Assembly (NCBI RefSeq): GCF_001652585.1
Contig: NZ_LWLG01000019.1
Location: 1-32,000 of the forward strand
DNA length: 32,000 bases
DNA from: Thermosulfurimonas dismutans
Lineage (GTDB): Bacteria > Desulfobacterota > Thermodesulfobacteria > Thermodesulfobacteriales > Thermodesulfobacteriaceae
Direction of reading: 5' to 3'
Shown: positions 7,492 through 17,932 of the stretch, one piece after another
How the letters are laid out: every line of letters starts with the position of its first letter
Numbering within the stretch: the first letter of the stretch is position 1
Program-made: the position numbers and the translations under genes
The notes under the pieces: generated by a model
Told to the model about the DNA's origin: nothing
Databases searched by the model: none
The model's input: only the letters and a program-made list of their open reading frames with translations

Positions 7492-9171
7492 ATGGAGGAC
7501 ATCCAAAGTATGGAAAGTTTTGAGGATTTTCTCAATCTCGAATCCGAGCCCCGTGTCCTTAGACGTGGGGCTGTCATAGAGGGAACGATTATCCGCATAA
7601 ATCCAGATTGGACCTTCGTGGATATAGGGTATAAATCCGAAGGGGCTGTCCCCACGCAGGAATTAAAAAGAATTGACGGTTCTTTGAGAGTCAACGAGGG
7701 CGACCGTATTGAGGTGTTGGTTGAAAGATTGAGGGGTGAAGACGGTCTAGTACGGCTTTCTTATGCCAAGATCCTTGAAAATCGGGCCTGGGAAAAAATT
7801 TTAAAAAGTTTGAAGGAAAAGACCCCCCTTTCGGCCTATGTAGTTCAACCCATAAAGGGTGGCTTCGAGGTCGAAATTGAAGGCGTGAGGGGTTTTCTTC
7901 CCTTTTCCCACGCCTATCTCAAAAGGCCGGCCAATCCCAATGAAATCGTCGGAAAAACTGTAAAAGTAGAGGTAATCTCGGCTTCGCGAAAGAGAAATAA
8001 TGTCGTAGTTTCTAGTAAAAACATCCTGGAAAAGGAAGCCGAGGCTCGCAAAAAGGCCTTGCTTGAGAAACTTAATGAAGGAGATGTGGTTGAAGGGATA
8101 GTCAAAAATATTGTAGATTATGGGGCCTTCATTGATATAGGAGGGGTTGAGGGGTTTCTGCATATCTCCGATCTTTCCTGGGGAAGGATAAAGCATCCCG
8201 GGGATCTCCTTAAGATAGGAGATCAAGTAAGGGTAAAGGTCCTCTCCCTGGATCGTGAAAAAGAAAGGATAAAGCTCGGCATCAAACAACTTACTCCTGA
8301 CCCCTGGGAAAGCGTAGCCGAACGGTATAAAGAAGGTGATAAAGTTCAAGGCCGAGTAGTATCTCTCACCTCCTTCGGGGCCTTTGTGGAAGTCGAACCC
8401 GGCGTGGAAGGACTCATCCACCTATCTGAACTTTCTTGGACCAAAAGGATCAAACATCCGAGAGATATGCTTTCCGTAGGAGATCAAGTTGAAACTGTGG
8501 TTTTAAAAGTAGATCCCGAAAATCGTAAGCTTTCTTTGAGTTTAAGACGTATCGAACCCAATCCTTGGGAAATTTTGGTCGAAAATATGCCTCCAGGCAC
8601 GGTTATTGAAGCCCTAGTTAAAACTGTAACGGATTTTGGGATTTTCGTAGAAGTTACTAAAGAGATAGACGGTTTTATCCATGTTTCCGATCTTTCCTGG
8701 GGAAGGATAGGCCATCCTTCTGAGAAGTTCAAACCGGGTGATGTAATTAAGGCCGTAGTCCTTAAAATTGACCCTGAGAAAGAAAAGCTAAATTTAGGTA
8801 TCAAACAGCTTTCGCCGGATCCTTGGGAGCTAGCTCCCGAGAAATACCCTGTGGGAAGTGTGGTCTCCGGGAAGGTTACCAAAGTTACAGATTTCGGAAT
8901 CTTTGTGGAGATCGAAGAAGGTCTTGAAGGTTTGGTACACGTTTCAGAGCTTGGAGAAGAAAAGATCAAAACTCCCGTAGGAGTTATTGAAGTTGGTCAA
9001 GAAGTAAAGGCCAAGGTCATAAGACTAGAGCCCGAAAAGAAGCGCATGGCCCTTTCCATTAGAAAATACAAAGAGGACGAAGCCCGTCAGGAATATCTTC
9101 ATCTTTCGGAAGAGCGCAAAGGCACCGGCGTTACACTGGGTACCTTTTTGAAAGAAGTCGTAAATAAGTAG
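7492..9171 (+). CDS. rpsA: 30S ribosomal protein S1 (six S1 domains)
   Basis: Repeated S1 OB-fold modules (G.V..V..FGAFV....EGL.H.SE). The cmk-rpsA order is the conserved arrangement. The ATG at 7492 is 7 nt after GGGAGG; the track start at 7477 is a TTG. Confidence 0.95.
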   Translation: MEDIQSMESFEDFLNLESEPRVLRRGAVIEGTIIRINPDWTFVDIGYKSEGAVPTQELKRIDGSLRVNEGDRIEVLVERLRGEDGLVRLSYAKILENRAWEKILKSLKEKTPLSAYVVQPIKGGFEVEIEGVRGFLPFSHAYLKRPANPNEIVGKTVKVEVISASRKRNNVVVSSKNILEKEAEARKKALLEKLNEGDVVEGIVKNIVDYGAFIDIGGVEGFLHISDLSWGRIKHPGDLLKIGDQVRVKVLSLDREKERIKLGIKQLTPDPWESVAERYKEGDKVQGRVVSLTSFGAFVEVEPGVEGLIHLSELSWTKRIKHPRDMLSVGDQVETVVLKVDPENRKLSLSLRRIEPNPWEILVENMPPGTVIEALVKTVTDFGIFVEVTKEIDGFIHVSDLSWGRIGHPSEKFKPGDVIKAVVLKIDPEKEKLNLGIKQLSPDPWELAPEKYPVGSVVSGKVTKVTDFGIFVEIEEGLEGLVHVSELGEEKIKTPVGVIEVGQEVKAKVIRLEPEKKRMALSIRKYKEDEARQEYLHLSEERKGTGVTLGTFLKEVVNK

Positions 9172-9185
9172 AATAAAAATTCCTC

Positions 9186-10064
9186 ATGAAAAAAGGGTTT
9201 TTATACGGATTGGCCTTTCTGGGGGGCGTCTTTCTATTTTTCATGGTTTTAGGTTTTTTACTATCCTTAGGTTTACAATTCCGAGGCCCCTCACATCGCG
9301 AAGCCATTGGTGTAGTTGAAATCAAAGGACTCATTACGGAAGCAGATGAAAAAATCAAAATCCTTGAAGATTTTCGGTATCGCAAAGATATTAAAGCCTT
9401 GGTGGTAAGAATAGACAGCCCTGGTGGAACTGTAGGGGCTTCTCAAGAACTTTACGAGGAACTCAGGAGGATCTCGCGACTAAAACCGGTAGTAGTTTCC
9501 TTAGGATCAGTAGCCACCTCTGGAGCTTATTACGCGGCTTTAGGAGGAACCAAAATCTTGGCTTCCCCTGGAACTATTACTGGTAGTATAGGTGTTCTCT
9601 TACAGATTCCCAACATAGAGGAACTGCTCAAGAAATTGGGCATCAAACCTGTAGTTCTCAAAAGTGGGAAATACAAGGATCTGGTATCTTACTATCGAAC
9701 TCCAAGCCCCAAAGAAAAAAAGATCCTAGAAGAAACTCTTTCGGAAGTACATGAACAATTTATGAGAGCCGTGGCGGAAAGGAGGAAAATACCCCTGGAA
9801 AAAGTGAAAGAATTAGCTGATGGACGAATTTTTACCGGCGAGAAGGCCAAGAAACTAGGCCTCATTGACGATCTAGGCAATTTTATGGAGGCGGTGGAGC
9901 TAGCTGCTAGACTTGGAGACTTAAAAGGAAGACCTCATCTGGTATACGGTAGCGGAAAGAAAGGCCTTCTGAAGAAACTTATTGAGGGTCAATTTGATCT
10001 ACCGCTAGAAAGTTTTTGGTTTTCTCCGTGGTATCTTTGGGATGGAGGTGCCACTCTTCTATGA
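9186..10064 (+). CDS. sppA: Signal peptide peptidase SppA (36K type, S49 family)
   Basis: An N-terminal TM segment is followed by RIDSPGG..., MGSVATSGAYY-like and GSIGV motifs typical of ClpP/S49 peptidases. Confidence 0.88.
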   Translation: MKKGFLYGLAFLGGVFLFFMVLGFLLSLGLQFRGPSHREAIGVVEIKGLITEADEKIKILEDFRYRKDIKALVVRIDSPGGTVGASQELYEELRRISRLKPVVVSLGSVATSGAYYAALGGTKILASPGTITGSIGVLLQIPNIEELLKKLGIKPVVLKSGKYKDLVSYYRTPSPKEKKILEETLSEVHEQFMRAVAERRKIPLEKVKELADGRIFTGEKAKKLGLIDDLGNFMEAVELAARLGDLKGRPHLVYGSGKKGLLKKLIEGQFDLPLESFWFSPWYLWDGGATLL

Positions 10065-11233
10065 AAAGACACGAACTGATCGAAAGGCTCACCGCTCATT
10101 TTCCCGAGTTGCGCAAAAGAGATCTTGAAAGTCTAGTTGAAGCTACCTTTGAAGAGATAAGTCGCTTCCTAAAGGATGGAGGACGAATAGAATTTCGCGA
10201 TTTCGGACGTTTTGAAGTTCATCATGGAAAAGAAAGGATTTTCGTAAATCCTAAGAATGGGGAAACTTATTATTTACCCGGAAATCAACGATTGGTCTTC
10301 AAAGTGGGCAAAGACCTTAAGGAAAGACTCAACACCCCCCCTCTAGCAGCCCTGGATCTGGGCACTCAAACTTTCAGGCTGGCTCTCGGTAAGAAAGAAG
10401 AAGGGGGGTTAAGGGTTATTGCTCGCTATCGAGAAAATGTCCGTTTGGGTGAAGGGTTGGCTAAGTCCGATGAGATTTCCGTTGAGGCCTGGCGCCGAGG
10501 AATCTCGGCCTTGAAAAATTTTTACCAAATTCTTGACACTCTCGAGGTCTCCCATTATCGAGCTATAGGAACTGCAGTTTTTAGAAGAGCAAAAAACATT
10601 TCAAAATTTATACAAGAAGCTAAGGGATTAGGAATTAAAATTGAAGTAATTTCTCCCGAAGAAGAGGCCTGGTTGGTTGTAAAAGGGGTAATGGCTGGTC
10701 TGAAACTACAAAGCGAACGGTTTCTTCTAGTAGATGCTGGAGGAGGAAGTACTGAAATTGTTTTTATTGAAAACGGAAAGAAAATTTGGGAAACGAGTCT
10801 TCCTCTAGGGGTGGTTACCTTAAAAGATCACCTCATCAAAACTTACCCCTTAACCCGAGAGGAATATCGAAGTTTAAGGTCTCATATAGGAAAAGTTCTC
10901 TCAGAGGTAGAATGGCCTAAAAACATAGATTTAGTGGTAGGTTGTGGAGGAAGCGCTAGTCTCTTAGGAGCCTTAGACCTCAAATTGGCTAAATATGTTC
11001 CGGAAAGACTTCATGGACACAAGATCTCTCAGAAAAAAATAGAATCCCTCGGTGAGTATCTCTGGGGGCTATCCCTCTCCAAAATTAGGCGTTTGAGGGG
11101 TATGGAAAGCGGTCGAGAAGATATTGCATTGCCAGGAATTTTAATTTATTCCGAGATATTAAGAAAAACTAACCAATCTCATCTTGTTATTAGTGAATGG
11201 GGACTCCTTGAAGGTCTACTCTTGTCTCTTTGA
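10061..11233 (+). CDS. Fusion protein: IHF/HU-like DNA-binding domain (about 95 aa) plus Ppx/GppA-family phosphatase domain
   Basis: The N-terminus MKRHELIERL...GGRIEFRDFGRFEVHHGKERIFVNPKNGETYYLPGNQRLVFKVGKDLKERLN matches the IHF-beta/HU pattern. It continues without a stop into AALDLGTQTFRLAL...VDAGGGSTE (Ppx/GppA ASKHA fold). The ATG at 10061 overlaps the sppA stop (ATGA). Confidence 0.8.
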   Translation: MKRHELIERLTAHFPELRKRDLESLVEATFEEISRFLKDGGRIEFRDFGRFEVHHGKERIFVNPKNGETYYLPGNQRLVFKVGKDLKERLNTPPLAALDLGTQTFRLALGKKEEGGLRVIARYRENVRLGEGLAKSDEISVEAWRRGISALKNFYQILDTLEVSHYRAIGTAVFRRAKNISKFIQEAKGLGIKIEVISPEEEAWLVVKGVMAGLKLQSERFLLVDAGGGSTEIVFIENGKKIWETSLPLGVVTLKDHLIKTYPLTREEYRSLRSHIGKVLSEVEWPKNIDLVVGCGGSASLLGALDLKLAKYVPERLHGHKISQKKIESLGEYLWGLSLSKIRRLRGMESGREDIALPGILIYSEILRKTNQSHLVISEWGLLEGLLLSL

Positions 11234-11268
11234 GCCAAAAAACTTATAAAATAAGGAGGGGTGCTTAG

Positions 11269-12744
<1,476 letters not shown>

Positions 12745-12746
12745 AG

Positions 12747-13952
12747 ATGCCAATTTATAGCTGGGTAGGTAAAACCCTTTCAGGAGAGGTCAGGCGGGGC
12801 GAGATGGAGGCCCCGGACCCCAAACTGGTAGAGGCTCGCCTAAGACGCCTCCAGCTCATACCGCTTAAGATTACCGAAAAAAAGGAATCTTTTCTGGCTC
12901 GCTTTCAACCTAAAAAGGTTAAGGGCAAAGAGGTGGCCATTTTTACTAGACAACTGGCCACCATGCTAGAATCCGGCCTTCCCCTAGTCCAGGCCCTTGA
13001 GGCCCTGGCCAGCCAACAAAAAAACCCTTACTTTCAGAAGGTTATCCGCAAGATAAAAACCTCCGTGGAGAGTGGCAGCAGTTTGGCAGAATCTTTGAGG
13101 GAATTCCCCAAGATCTTTGATGAGCTCTATTATCAGATGGTTAACGCCGGTGAGGCCGGAGGTAACCTGGATGAAATCCTGAAGAGAATGGCCACCTATC
13201 AAGAAAAAATTCTGGCCATCAAAGCCAAGATTCGTCAGGCTATGATGTACCCGGCGGTGATTATTTTTGTGACTATTGTCGTGCTTTCCATTATTATGGT
13301 TTACGTCATTCCTAAGTTTGCCCAGATGTTTGCTGAGGCTGGACAGGCCTTACCGCTTCCTACCCAGATTGTAATTGCAGCCAGCACTATCACCAAAAAA
13401 TATTTTCCATTTTTCATAGCCGGCCTAATAGGCTTTATCATTATTATTCGCCGTCTTTATCGCACAGAAAAGGGACGTTATAAAATAGACAAATTATTGC
13501 TTAGATTTCCTCTTTTCGGTGACCTCTTGCACAAGTCCGCCCTGGCCCGATTCTCAAGAACTTTAAGTAGTCTCATCGCCAGTGGGGTACCTCTACTTCA
13601 AGGACTTTCCATTGCAGGCAAGGTCTCCGGAAACCGTGTAATAGAAAAAGTAGTAGAAGAGGTGAGACTTAGCGTCTCCGAAGGACAATCCATTGCTGAA
13701 CCCATGGCTGTAAGCGGTTATTTTCCCCACATGGTAACTCAAATGATCTCCGTAGGAGAAGCTACCGGGGCCCTAGAACAGATGCTTGATAAAGTAGCCG
13801 ATTTCTACGAAGACGAAGTGGATCGTACGGTGGACACCATTTCCACCCTTATCGAACCCATCTTAATCGTTTTTCTCGGTGGCATCATCGGAGGTATCAT
13901 CATTTCTTTATATTTGCCTATCTTCAAACTTGCGAGTGTAGTAGGTGGCTAA
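12747..13952 (+). CDS. pilC: Type IV pilus assembly / type II secretion platform protein (PilC/GspF family)
   Basis: Two GspF repeats are present ([15 protein letters not shown]... and [15 protein letters not shown]...) with three TM segments. No pilB or pilT is adjacent. Confidence 0.9.
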   Translation: MPIYSWVGKTLSGEVRRGEMEAPDPKLVEARLRRLQLIPLKITEKKESFLARFQPKKVKGKEVAIFTRQLATMLESGLPLVQALEALASQQKNPYFQKVIRKIKTSVESGSSLAESLREFPKIFDELYYQMVNAGEAGGNLDEILKRMATYQEKILAIKAKIRQAMMYPAVIIFVTIVVLSIIMVYVIPKFAQMFAEAGQALPLPTQIVIAASTITKKYFPFFIAGLIGFIIIIRRLYRTEKGRYKIDKLLLRFPLFGDLLHKSALARFSRTLSSLIASGVPLLQGLSIAGKVSGNRVIEKVVEEVRLSVSEGQSIAEPMAVSGYFPHMVTQMISVGEATGALEQMLDKVADFYEDEVDRTVDTISTLIEPILIVFLGGIIGGIIISLYLPIFKLASVVGG

Positions 13953-14887
13953 AGGCCGACCTCTCTCAACTGTTTAAGGAGTTCCTTCTGTTTCTTGGTA
14001 AGCCTTTTGGGTATCAAAGGCTCCAGCTTAACGTAAAGATCTCCCTTAGAACCGTTTTCTCCTGGGAGCCCTAGACCCTTCAGTCTGAGTTTGGCCCCCG
14101 GCTTGGTCCCCGGAGGTATCTTGGCCTTTATCTTTTTCCCATACACCGTAGGGATTTCGACTTCCCCTCCCAAAAAGAATGAACTCAAAGGTACCTCTCG
14201 AGAAATAACGAGATCTCTGCCATCCCGTTCAAAAATGGGATGCGGCTCGATCTTGATCTTCAAGAAGAGATCCCGCCTTCGACCATCCGGCCCGATAGGT
14301 CCTTTGGCCGGAAGTCTCAATTTTTGGCCTTCTTTGACCCCGGGAGGAATATGAACTTTGACTTTCTCAGGTTTTCCTAAGGGAGCTATCGAAAGGATCT
14401 TTTCTCCTCCCTGAGCTACCTCCTCAAGGGTTACTGGTAACTCAAGAACCATTTCTTGTTCGAAATCGAATTGCCGAGACGAGCGAGGTTCATAAGTACC
14501 AAAGAGATCACTAAAGAAACCCGAAAGATCAAAGGTGAAACCCTTACTACTCCGCGTCCCCTCTCCGAAACGGAAAAACCTGCCGAAGTCGAAATCGATC
14601 CCGAGATCCCGAAAGATGTTCTCGAAATTGAAGCCTCGAAAGATATCCTCTTGAGAGTAGCGTTTCTCAAATTCCACAGATCCGAACATATCATACTGTT
14701 TACGCTTCTCGGGATCAGAAAGGACGGCATAGGCCTCATTAATCTCCTTAAACTTCTCCTCGGCCTCTTTATTGCCTCGATTACGGTCAGGGTGATACTT
14801 CAAGGCCAGGCGTCGATAGGCCTTCTTGATCTCTTCTTGAGTAGCGTTTCTGGGAACTCCTAAAATCTTATAATAATCCTTCGGCAT
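13949..14887 (-). CDS. J-domain co-chaperone, CbpA-like (DnaJ without zinc-finger domain)
   Basis: J-domain DYYKILGV...YHPDRN...[22 protein letters not shown] is present. There are no CxxCxGxG repeats, and DnaJ C-terminal beta domains follow. Confidence 0.85.
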   Translation of the reverse strand: MPKDYYKILGVPRNATQEEIKKAYRRLALKYHPDRNRGNKEAEEKFKEINEAYAVLSDPEKRKQYDMFGSVEFEKRYSQEDIFRGFNFENIFRDLGIDFDFGRFFRFGEGTRSSKGFTFDLSGFFSDLFGTYEPRSSRQFDFEQEMVLELPVTLEEVAQGGEKILSIAPLGKPEKVKVHIPPGVKEGQKLRLPAKGPIGPDGRRRDLFLKIKIEPHPIFERDGRDLVISREVPLSSFFLGGEVEIPTVYGKKIKAKIPPGTKPGAKLRLKGLGLPGENGSKGDLYVKLEPLIPKRLTKKQKELLKQLREVGL

Positions 14888-14927
14888 GCCTTAAAGTTAA
14901 AACGGAAAAAGGACGAGTCAAGAAAAG

Positions 14928-15012
14928 GTGGCTCCCCGAGGGTTTAGGGGGGTGGAGGTGGGTTATCGTCTGAGGGTAGAGACGATGAGGGGGGCGTCCC
15001 TCAGGGAGCCAC
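14928..15012 (-). terminator. Long nested stem-loop between resB and the J-protein gene; probable intrinsic terminator or structured RNA element
   Basis: Outer arms 14928..14942 (GTGGCTCCCCGAGGG) and 14998..15012 (CCCTCAGGGAGCCAC) pair at 14 of 15 positions. An inner hairpin ATCGTCT/AGACGAT lies at 14965..14971 and 14980..14986. On the minus strand the structure is followed 1 nt later by TTTTCTT. Confidence 0.4.
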
Positions 15013-15040
15013 TCTAAATTTATACCACAACTGCAAATAG

Positions 15041-16321
15041 TCAAGTAAGGTCTATTAAGTATTTGTTAACGAATCTTTCGATCTGCTTTTTGAGATCTTC
15101 CCGGTAGCGTTTGCTATAACCTCCCACGATAACCCGAGAGCCCTTTTCGTGAGGTCTAATATAGACCCAAATTACCCGGTGGGTGAAAAAGAAAGCTGCA
15201 AAAATACCAAGGATCATTAATAGAAAACCTATCCATACCAGGATAGCGCCAGGATCCTTTCTCACCTGAAGTCCGGTCATAAAAATGGGCTTGGCTTCCA
15301 ACATCGAAAGAGAAATCTTATGGGGAGAAAAGGAGAGCTCCTGCCGATGGCCTTCAATCAACCAAATCATCTGGGGTTCATGCCCTTCCTTGGTTATCCA
15401 GACCTTGGCCATCCGGAAACCGTGTGCCTCTCCGTACTGGATCAGTCCAATAGTAAGGTCCTCTTCCTCCCAGCTTCCATCACGGAAAGGCTTAATCACT
15501 AAGTCTTTACTCTTGTTACCAATTTCAACCCTTATTTTAATAGCGGCATATTCTTGATAAGAAGATTGATAGAAACGGATTTTTTTATACTCCAAAGGAT
15601 GGTTTACCCTTATTAAATAGTTAAATGATTGGTTTCCATCTATAACGGTTACATGAGAACGATAATCCTTCGGCATGCCATTGGGATAAAATTCAATCTC
15701 GAACTTATCCAGTTTAATATAAAAGGGCAGAGAAATGTAACCCTTCTTTTGGAAAGGAAAAACCTTATTGCTCTTCTCTCCCTCAAGGATATTCATATAA
15801 CCTCGGTAGCCGTAAATAGCCCCAATTAGAGCTCCGATCACAATGACCAAAATGGATCCATGTACAAAATAGACCGAAAAATAGCTCCACCGGAAACGAT
15901 CTTTAACCCCCAAGAAACCCTCTTTAAGGGCCTTGATGTCAAACTCCTTTTCCAAGGAGCTTTTTAATTCCTCTGGGCTCTTAGAAGTAATAATTTCCTT
16001 ACGCATGGGCAACTTTTCAGGATCTATCGACCAAGGATCCCGACGATAGAGTCCTAGAGAAACCGGAAATCTCTTTGCGGAACAAAAGATGAGATTGAGC
16101 AAAAATACTGAAAGAAGTGCAATATACCACCAAGAATGATAAGCATCATAAAGCTGGAAAAAATTAATAATTTTGCCCCAGAAAGATCCATATTTGGCAA
16201 AGTAAAAACCGGGTTCCTTTCCTTGAGGAAGGATTGTTCCTAGAATAGAAGTTGTTGCCAGCGCCAAAAACAGGAAGATGGCCAGTCTGAGAGAGGAAAA
16301 AAAATCAACTATTTTTTTCAT
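15041..16321 (-). CDS. resB: Cytochrome c biogenesis protein ResB/Ccs1 (system II)
   Basis: The N-terminus [33 protein letters not shown] is the ResB signature, followed by a large periplasmic domain and a C-terminal TM. The start was moved to the ATG at 16321. Confidence 0.85.
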   Translation of the reverse strand: MKKIVDFFSSLRLAIFLFLALATTSILGTILPQGKEPGFYFAKYGSFWGKIINFFQLYDAYHSWWYIALLSVFLLNLIFCSAKRFPVSLGLYRRDPWSIDPEKLPMRKEIITSKSPEELKSSLEKEFDIKALKEGFLGVKDRFRWSYFSVYFVHGSILVIVIGALIGAIYGYRGYMNILEGEKSNKVFPFQKKGYISLPFYIKLDKFEIEFYPNGMPKDYRSHVTVIDGNQSFNYLIRVNHPLEYKKIRFYQSSYQEYAAIKIRVEIGNKSKDLVIKPFRDGSWEEEDLTIGLIQYGEAHGFRMAKVWITKEGHEPQMIWLIEGHRQELSFSPHKISLSMLEAKPIFMTGLQVRKDPGAILVWIGFLLMILGIFAAFFFTHRVIWVYIRPHEKGSRVIVGGYSKRYREDLKKQIERFVNKYLIDLT

Positions 16322-16478
16322 CTTGCACCTCTTCGTTCTCTTCTGATTTGATAGCCTTCTTGAAGTTTTTAATACCTTCTCCGAGACCTCTACCCAGTTC
16401 AGGCAAACGACTAGCCCCAAAAATAAGCACTATAATCAAAATGATAAGTAATAATTCCGGAAGACCTATGCCAAACAT
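16305..16478 (-). CDS. tatA: Twin-arginine translocase subunit TatA (57 aa; not in the supplied ORF track)
   Basis: Hand translation gives [62 protein letters not shown] lies 6 nt upstream of the ATG at 16478. The 3' end overlaps the resB start by 17 nt. Confidence 0.82.
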   Translation of the reverse strand: MFGIGLPELLLIILIIVLIFGASRLPELGRGLGEGIKNFKKAIKSEENEEVQDEKNS

Positions 16479-16538
16479 CCAAGCCTCCTAAAAAGGTTTA
16501 AAAACTTTCCCTGCATTTTAAAGCAGGAGGCGTTAAGG

Positions 16539-17006
16539 TCAAGGAAGGTAAGAAATGAGCTTCCCGGAAATGTAAAGGGCACACCCCCAGAAATCCTCTT
16601 CGCATTTTAGGATAACGTATCCCGGTTCTAACTCCGCCGAAAATGGGATCTTTTTTTCCAGTCGCAGGCGATCCAGGGTTAGACGGTCAAGGATCACAAT
16701 ATTACGGGTGGCAAAGCGTCCGAATCGCTGGAGGGCCGCACTGGTAGGTTTAAGGTAACCAGAAACCTTGCGCAGGAAAAGAAGCCCTGCGGTCTGGACA
16801 CGTAAACTCTGCAAGGCTTCGAAATGTTCTGTACGGGTAAAAAGCCAGTAATTTTTGGCCGTAGCCAGAAAAAGATAGGGCTCAAAAAGCGTGGGGCTGA
16901 ATCCAAAACGCTCCTCAAGGTATCCAAGGATATGGGCTCGTTCCTCGTCGGAAACCGGTCTCGGCCATGAGGCCCGGGGATCAAGTTTTTTGATCCTCCT
17001 TTTCAC
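16539..17006 (-). CDS. Hypothetical protein resembling the C-terminal (pre-PUA/PUA-like) region of RsmF-type methyltransferases
   Basis: GTGA overlap with the upstream methyltransferase gene. The combined length (309+155 aa) is close to my recollection of full-length RsmF size. The tail GYVILKCEEDFWGCALYISGKLISYLP resembles the PUA-like end of RsmF. The assignment is by pattern only. Confidence 0.5.
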   Translation of the reverse strand: MKRRIKKLDPRASWPRPVSDEERAHILGYLEERFGFSPTLFEPYLFLATAKNYWLFTRTEHFEALQSLRVQTAGLLFLRKVSGYLKPTSAALQRFGRFATRNIVILDRLTLDRLRLEKKIPFSAELEPGYVILKCEEDFWGCALYISGKLISYLP

Positions 17007-17932
17007 ACCTGCCTCCTCAATTTAACCACAAAAAAACCTACCGCCCCTATCTCATGGGCGTAAAATCGTTTGGCCTTAACGAGCTCAGGATGAAAGGGCT
17101 TGCCCTCCCATTCGGTAAGACCAGGGTGAGAGGGTAGGGGAGCCTCCCAGGAAAGGACCTCCGCCTGCCGTTTGCGTAAGAGATAGTCCACCACGGCCTC
17201 GTTCTCTTCTGGATTTATAGTACAAGTGGAGTAAACCAGTATTCCACCTGGCCTTAAAAGATCGTAGGCCCTTACGATAAGTCCTTTCTGAATAGCGGGG
17301 AGATTAGTGTGGCCCTCCTTATGGAAAAGGAGTTCTCCTTCGTAGCCTTTGCGGTATCTTCCTTCTCCTGAACAGGGGGCGTCCACCAGAACCTTGTCGA
17401 AGGTTGTCCCTAGGGGAAACTGTTCCCCCCGATAAACGGTAGTCACTACCGAGGCCACCCCGAGACGCCTTAGATTAGCCACTAAGGCCGTGATGCGATC
17501 CAGGCGCTTGTCGTTTGCCACCACTATAGCCTGATCCTCGGTTAGTTGGGCTATCTGAGTAGTCTTGCTACCCGGAGCAGCGCATAGGTCGAGGATGATT
17601 TCCCCAGGGCGGGGATCCAAAGCATAGACTGGAAGAGAGCTTGAAAGAGTCATGGGATAGATTAATCCCAAATAGTACTCGTCGGTGTTCCCCAAGGATA
17701 TATCTCTGGGTTCTACCCTAAAAAACCAGGGCACGGCCTCCACAGGCGTAACTTCAAATCCCTGCCTCGCTAGTCCTCGGACAACCCGATCAGGATCTTG
17801 GGTCTTTAAGGTATTGAGCCTGAAATAAAGAGGTAGGGGCTCGGAAAGAGCATTCAGAAAGCTCTCATAATTGGGAATAAGATCCTGATAGCGGGAAAAA
17901 TAATCCTCAGCTAGGCTAGAAGCCTTCTCCAT
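17003..17932 (-). CDS. RsmB/RsmF (NOL1/NOP2/Sun) family rRNA cytosine-C5 methyltransferase, catalytic part
   Basis: SAM motif DLCAAPGSKT, motif IV DAPCSGEG and motif VI YSTCT are present. Confidence 0.85.
   Translation of the reverse strand: MEKASSLAEDYFSRYQDLIPNYESFLNALSEPLPLYFRLNTLKTQDPDRVVRGLARQGFEVTPVEAVPWFFRVEPRDISLGNTDEYYLGLIYPMTLSSSLPVYALDPRPGEIILDLCAAPGSKTTQIAQLTEDQAIVVANDKRLDRITALVANLRRLGVASVVTTVYRGEQFPLGTTFDKVLVDAPCSGEGRYRKGYEGELLFHKEGHTNLPAIQKGLIVRAYDLLRPGGILVYSTCTINPEENEAVVDYLLRKRQAEVLSWEAPLPSHPGLTEWEGKPFHPELVKAKRFYAHEIGAVGFFVVKLRRQV

Noticed and set aside
8167-8709. Exact 24-nt direct repeat TCCGATCTTTCCTGGGGAAGGATA at 8167..8190 and 8686..8709
   Set aside because: Both copies encode the same SDLSWGRI segment in two different S1 domains of rpsA. 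The repeat reflects domain duplication or gene conversion inside one gene and is not a mobile or regulatory repeat.
7002-8969. Long antisense ORFs (7002..7448, 7801..8421, 8484..8969 on the minus strand) opposite cmk and rpsA
   Set aside because: They lie entirely within strongly supported genes on the other strand. Their composition is low-complexity (S/T/P/G-rich) and they have no recognisable motifs or SD sites, so they are shadow ORFs.
14888-15040. CIRCE (HrcA) operator upstream of the J-protein gene
   Set aside because: The inverted repeat present (GTGGCTCCC...GGGAGCCAC) does not match TTAGCACTC-N9-GAGTGCTAA. It is reported instead as an unclassified structured element.
16509-16528. Short hairpin CCTGC-N8-GCAGG after the 155-aa ORF, considered as a terminator
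   Set aside because: It has only a 5-bp stem with an A/T-rich loop and an imperfect T-run, and it sits just upstream of the tatA SD. This is too weak to call.
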